From positions 768,001 to 832,000 of the forward strand of contig JANZKC010000001.1 of NCBI GenBank assembly GCA_025061115.1: a DNA stretch of 64,000 nucleotides, read 5' to 3'. Below are positions 61,108-64,000 of this stretch, piece by piece. The stretch's first letter is position 1; each line of letters opens with the position of its first letter. Under the pieces are notes generated by a model. The model was not told the origin of the DNA. It saw only the letters and a list, made by a program, of their open reading frames with translations, and made no database searches. This DNA is from Candidatus Culexmicrobium cathedralense (lineage in GTDB: Archaea > Thermoproteota > Methanomethylicia > Culexarchaeales > Culexmicrobiaceae). The translations under genes were made by a program, and so were the position numbers.

Positions 61108-61171
61108 TTTAAAGACACCAGAATATAGTTAAGGAAGCTCACTTAAAAGAAATTCTAAAGTTGGGGGAAAC

Positions 61172-62980
61172 ATGGAGGTTTCAGAGCGAATAGCAAGAAG
61201 ATACAGGTTACTTTTCAGCTTACCACCACTTCAAACCATAATTATCAGAACTGTAATTTATAGCACGTTATTTGGATTAGCAACTGAGCTAGTTAAGGTG
61301 GGCACAGTAAGTGAGCAGACACTTAGAACAGGTATAGCTATTAGTATCGCCTATTACTTGATTCCAGCATTAATTTCAACACCAATAACAGCAGCATTAG
61401 TTAAGCGAGAAGTTCTAACTACCAGACGGCTTGCCGGATTGGCATTGTACTGTATACTTTTCACAGCCCTCGTTCACATCACAGGAGTCACAATGTCAGC
61501 GTTACTCGATAATCCAAAATTAGATGAAGCCTCTATGATCTTAAGTTGTGGAGTCATGCTCTCGATAAGGTATCTTGTAATTCGATCTCTGGAGGAAGAT
61601 AAAGTTGGAGCACTACTGGGCGCGGTTACACAGCCATTAATGAGCGCCTTTGCAGCGCTATACTTCTTGAGAATCTCAGATGTTTATGGTCTACTACCTA
61701 CGCTTGCAAGGTTAGTTTATGTTGCAGGCTCACTCACCATCAGCTCATGGTGCCTATTGGCAATAATAGATTTTAAAGTAACTAAAGGCACAGGGATGAG
61801 CGGCATAGAGTTGTTTAGAGCATTTATGCAAAATTGGTTAGCAGGAAAGAAAACAGCACTAGAGCAGATATTGAGCAGAAATGCAAATGTTAAGGATGTA
61901 AAGATTACCAGCATAATTTTCTTCTCCAAGAAGGAAAAGCCCAAATACGCGATAGTCATACCATCCTTCCATTTCGGACCATTCAGAAATATAGGAAGTA
62001 GTCAGCTACCATCAAAAATAATGGAAACACTACATAACGAAGGCATAAATGCAGTAGTATTGCACGGAGCTTCAAGCCATGAAGAGGACTTAACAAGCGA
62101 AGAGGATTGCCATAAAGTCCTTGATACAATAAGGAAAATGATGAAGAAAGTTAAACCCAAAGCTCTAAGCGCATCGCCAGTTATGAAAGCAGTACATGGA
62201 AAAGCAACAGCATATTGCCAATGCTATGAGGATACAGCATTAATAATCATCACACGAGCCCCCAGGCTAACTGAAGACCCGCCAAAGTGGGTTGAAGAAA
62301 AAATAGTTCATGAAGCCCGAAAGTTAGGACTAAAGGAAGCAATAGTAATTGATGCGCATAACAGCATAAGCGACATCGAAATATTGAACAGAAATGATTA
62401 CGAAGAACTGGTAGAGGCAGCAAAGAAAGCATTGCTAAAAGCAATAAAATCAGAACAGCACCCCTTGAAGATCGGGACAGCACGCAGAAGAATAGTAGAG
62501 TATACCGAAAAACAAGGGATAGGGAGGGGAGGAGTACTAGCAACAGTTATTGAAACTGGTGGAAGGCGATTTACGACAATAGTTTTTGACGGCAACAATA
62601 TGATACCAGAATTTAGAGAAAAAGTTCTGCAAGCACTTAAGTCTACAGGTCTCGAAGAAATAGAAGTCCTAACCACAGATACGCATAGCGTAAGTGGATT
62701 AACAACAATCGCTAGAGGATATCACCCCGTAGGAGAAGCAGTAAACCAAAACAAGCTTATAGAGTACACAATTGAAGTAGCGATAGAAGCGCTGAAAAAC
62801 CTGACAGAAGTCACATACACTATAGAATCAGTAACCGTCAAAGAAGTGAAAATCCTAGGCGAAAAACTTCTACAAAAAATCTCCCAGGCAATTGAAATAT
62901 CATTAAGAACAGCTAAAAAAGTAGCAATTATCGCATATCTGATATCGATTGTGACCTCAGTCCTAATACTTTTAACTTAA
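61172..62980 (+). CDS. DUF2070 family membrane protein
   Basis: N-terminal TM bundle, HFGPFRNIGSS, VIDAHN, FDGNN, TTDTH. Confidence 0.88.
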   Translation: MEVSERIARRYRLLFSLPPLQTIIIRTVIYSTLFGLATELVKVGTVSEQTLRTGIAISIAYYLIPALISTPITAALVKREVLTTRRLAGLALYCILFTALVHITGVTMSALLDNPKLDEASMILSCGVMLSIRYLVIRSLEEDKVGALLGAVTQPLMSAFAALYFLRISDVYGLLPTLARLVYVAGSLTISSWCLLAIIDFKVTKGTGMSGIELFRAFMQNWLAGKKTALEQILSRNANVKDVKITSIIFFSKKEKPKYAIVIPSFHFGPFRNIGSSQLPSKIMETLHNEGINAVVLHGASSHEEDLTSEEDCHKVLDTIRKMMKKVKPKALSASPVMKAVHGKATAYCQCYEDTALIIITRAPRLTEDPPKWVEEKIVHEARKLGLKEAIVIDAHNSISDIEILNRNDYEELVEAAKKALLKAIKSEQHPLKIGTARRRIVEYTEKQGIGRGGVLATVIETGGRRFTTIVFDGNNMIPEFREKVLQALKSTGLEEIEVLTTDTHSVSGLTTIARGYHPVGEAVNQNKLIEYTIEVAIEALKNLTEVTYTIESVTVKEVKILGEKLLQKISQAIEISLRTAKKVAIIAYLISIVTSVLILLT

Positions 62981-63618
62981 ATAAATATTTAAACAAATCA
63001 ACAAACAAAAATAACATAATGATAACTAATTTGTTGATATTTTAACTGATATAAGAAATATTAGAAAACAAACCCCTTCTGATCCACTCTCCATCAGCTC
63101 ATGGTCTGAAAGCAAACTCGATTCCAGCAAATCAGTTCGAAGTATTGGGGGATAGCACACATAAACTCTAAAGAAAATTTGTAAGCCTTAACGCGCGGGG
63201 CCCTATCCCAATATGGGCTGGAATTGCTAGTAAAAGGTGTTGCCGTCAGAATAGGGGTACTCAAAATATTGCAGATTTCAGTTTGGTGAAGGTTGGCTAC
63301 AGACATGCTGAATGCTAAACGTAACAAATTAGAGTGCAATTGGAATAACTGAGTGCATTAAAGTTCTCATTCAGAGCGAATCACCATCAAATGATGATCC
63401 CCAAATTGGTGCAGTATTTGGGCCCTATTTATTTAATTAGGCTTAGTGAAGTCACATTCGGGCCGCCGCTTAGAATGGATATCATAAAATTATTGGAAAA
63501 ACCATTAAATTAAGGCATCTTTTAACCCTCTTTGCAGAGTCATTGACCATTAATTGATGATGGTTAAAAGCGTGATAATGTGACTATTGTGATGTGATTT
63601 GTGTCACGTATCATTGAG

Positions 63619-64000
63619 TTAATTAAGGTATTTTAGAGAAGCTGCGAATGCTTGGCCTAGGGAGATTCCTCCATCTCCTGGAGGGACTAAACGATGTCTT
63701 AGTAATTTGAGGCCGTGCTTGCATACTTCACTTTGAATAGTATGTACTAATAGGTCGTTAACTGCGGCCCCACCAGATATACCTATGAAGTTGGTGTTTA
63801 CGTGTTCGGCTACTTGTAAAGCGGCTTTTGCAAGGGCTTTTGCTAAGGATCTATGTATTTGTTTGGCAATTAGGTTTGGGGGGGTATTCGAGTTAGATTC
63901 TATTTGGTCTATTACTTGTCTTAGGAGATCATTGACATCTATAATGGTAATGTTGTCGATTATTAGTGGAACATCAAAGTGGATAGAGTCTGATTCTGGG
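63619..64000 (-). CDS. hypF: Carbamoyltransferase HypF (3' end only; absent from ORF track)
   Basis: Manual translation ...FIGISGGAAVNDLL...HRLVPPGDGGISLGQAFAASLKYLN*. Confidence 0.9.
   Translation of the reverse strand, partial: PESDSIHFDVPLIIDNITIIDVNDLLRQVIDQIESNSNTPPNLIAKQIHRSLAKALAKAALQVAEHVNTNFIGISGGAAVNDLLVHTIQSEVCKHGLKLLRHRLVPPGDGGISLGQAFAASLKYLN

Noticed and set aside
63000-63610. 81-aa ORF 63094-63339 and scattered TGATGA motifs
   Set aside because: Stops in all frames and no recognisable family or complete C/D architecture; at most an unidentifiable gene remnant

Overview
Core chromosomal segment of an archaeon from the TACK/Thermoproteota radiation. PolD large subunit occurs together with PolB3, Elf1, eS30, DUF1512 and non-canonical tRNA introns, which suggests a Methanomethylicia/Nezhaarchaeales/Culexarchaeales- or Bathyarchaeia-like lineage (inference). 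It is dense in housekeeping genes: pyrD/pyrK, pyrB/pyrI, tmk, the archaeal mevalonate operon (UbiD + AcnX), two convergent thermosome subunits, carS, GGGP synthase, A/V-type ATPase H-E-F-A-B, dnaG, polB3, PolD DP2 and the 3' end of hypF. It also carries a stand-alone 5S rRNA and nine tRNAs, four with BHB introns. No CRISPR array, transposase or integrase was seen. Highlights: (1) an intact PheS/PheT-like pair that has lost class II aaRS catalytic motifs 2/3 and apparently the editing residues; (2) an ArsR-HTH + ATP-cone + class III RNR-fold protein lacking the glycyl-radical Gly and catalytic Cys, a candidate nucleotide-sensing regulator next to pyrB/pyrI; (3) an unannotated ~210-nt two-hairpin H/ACA-like RNA; (4) a tRNA-Trp with an acceptor-stem (3/4) intron whose BHB is built with the 5' leader; (5) a PolB3 with degenerate proofreading motifs; (6) gene-conversion-like tracts between the thermosome paralogs; (7) an OSTC/DC2-like membrane protein. 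All assignments are from motif reading by eye; no database searches were run.
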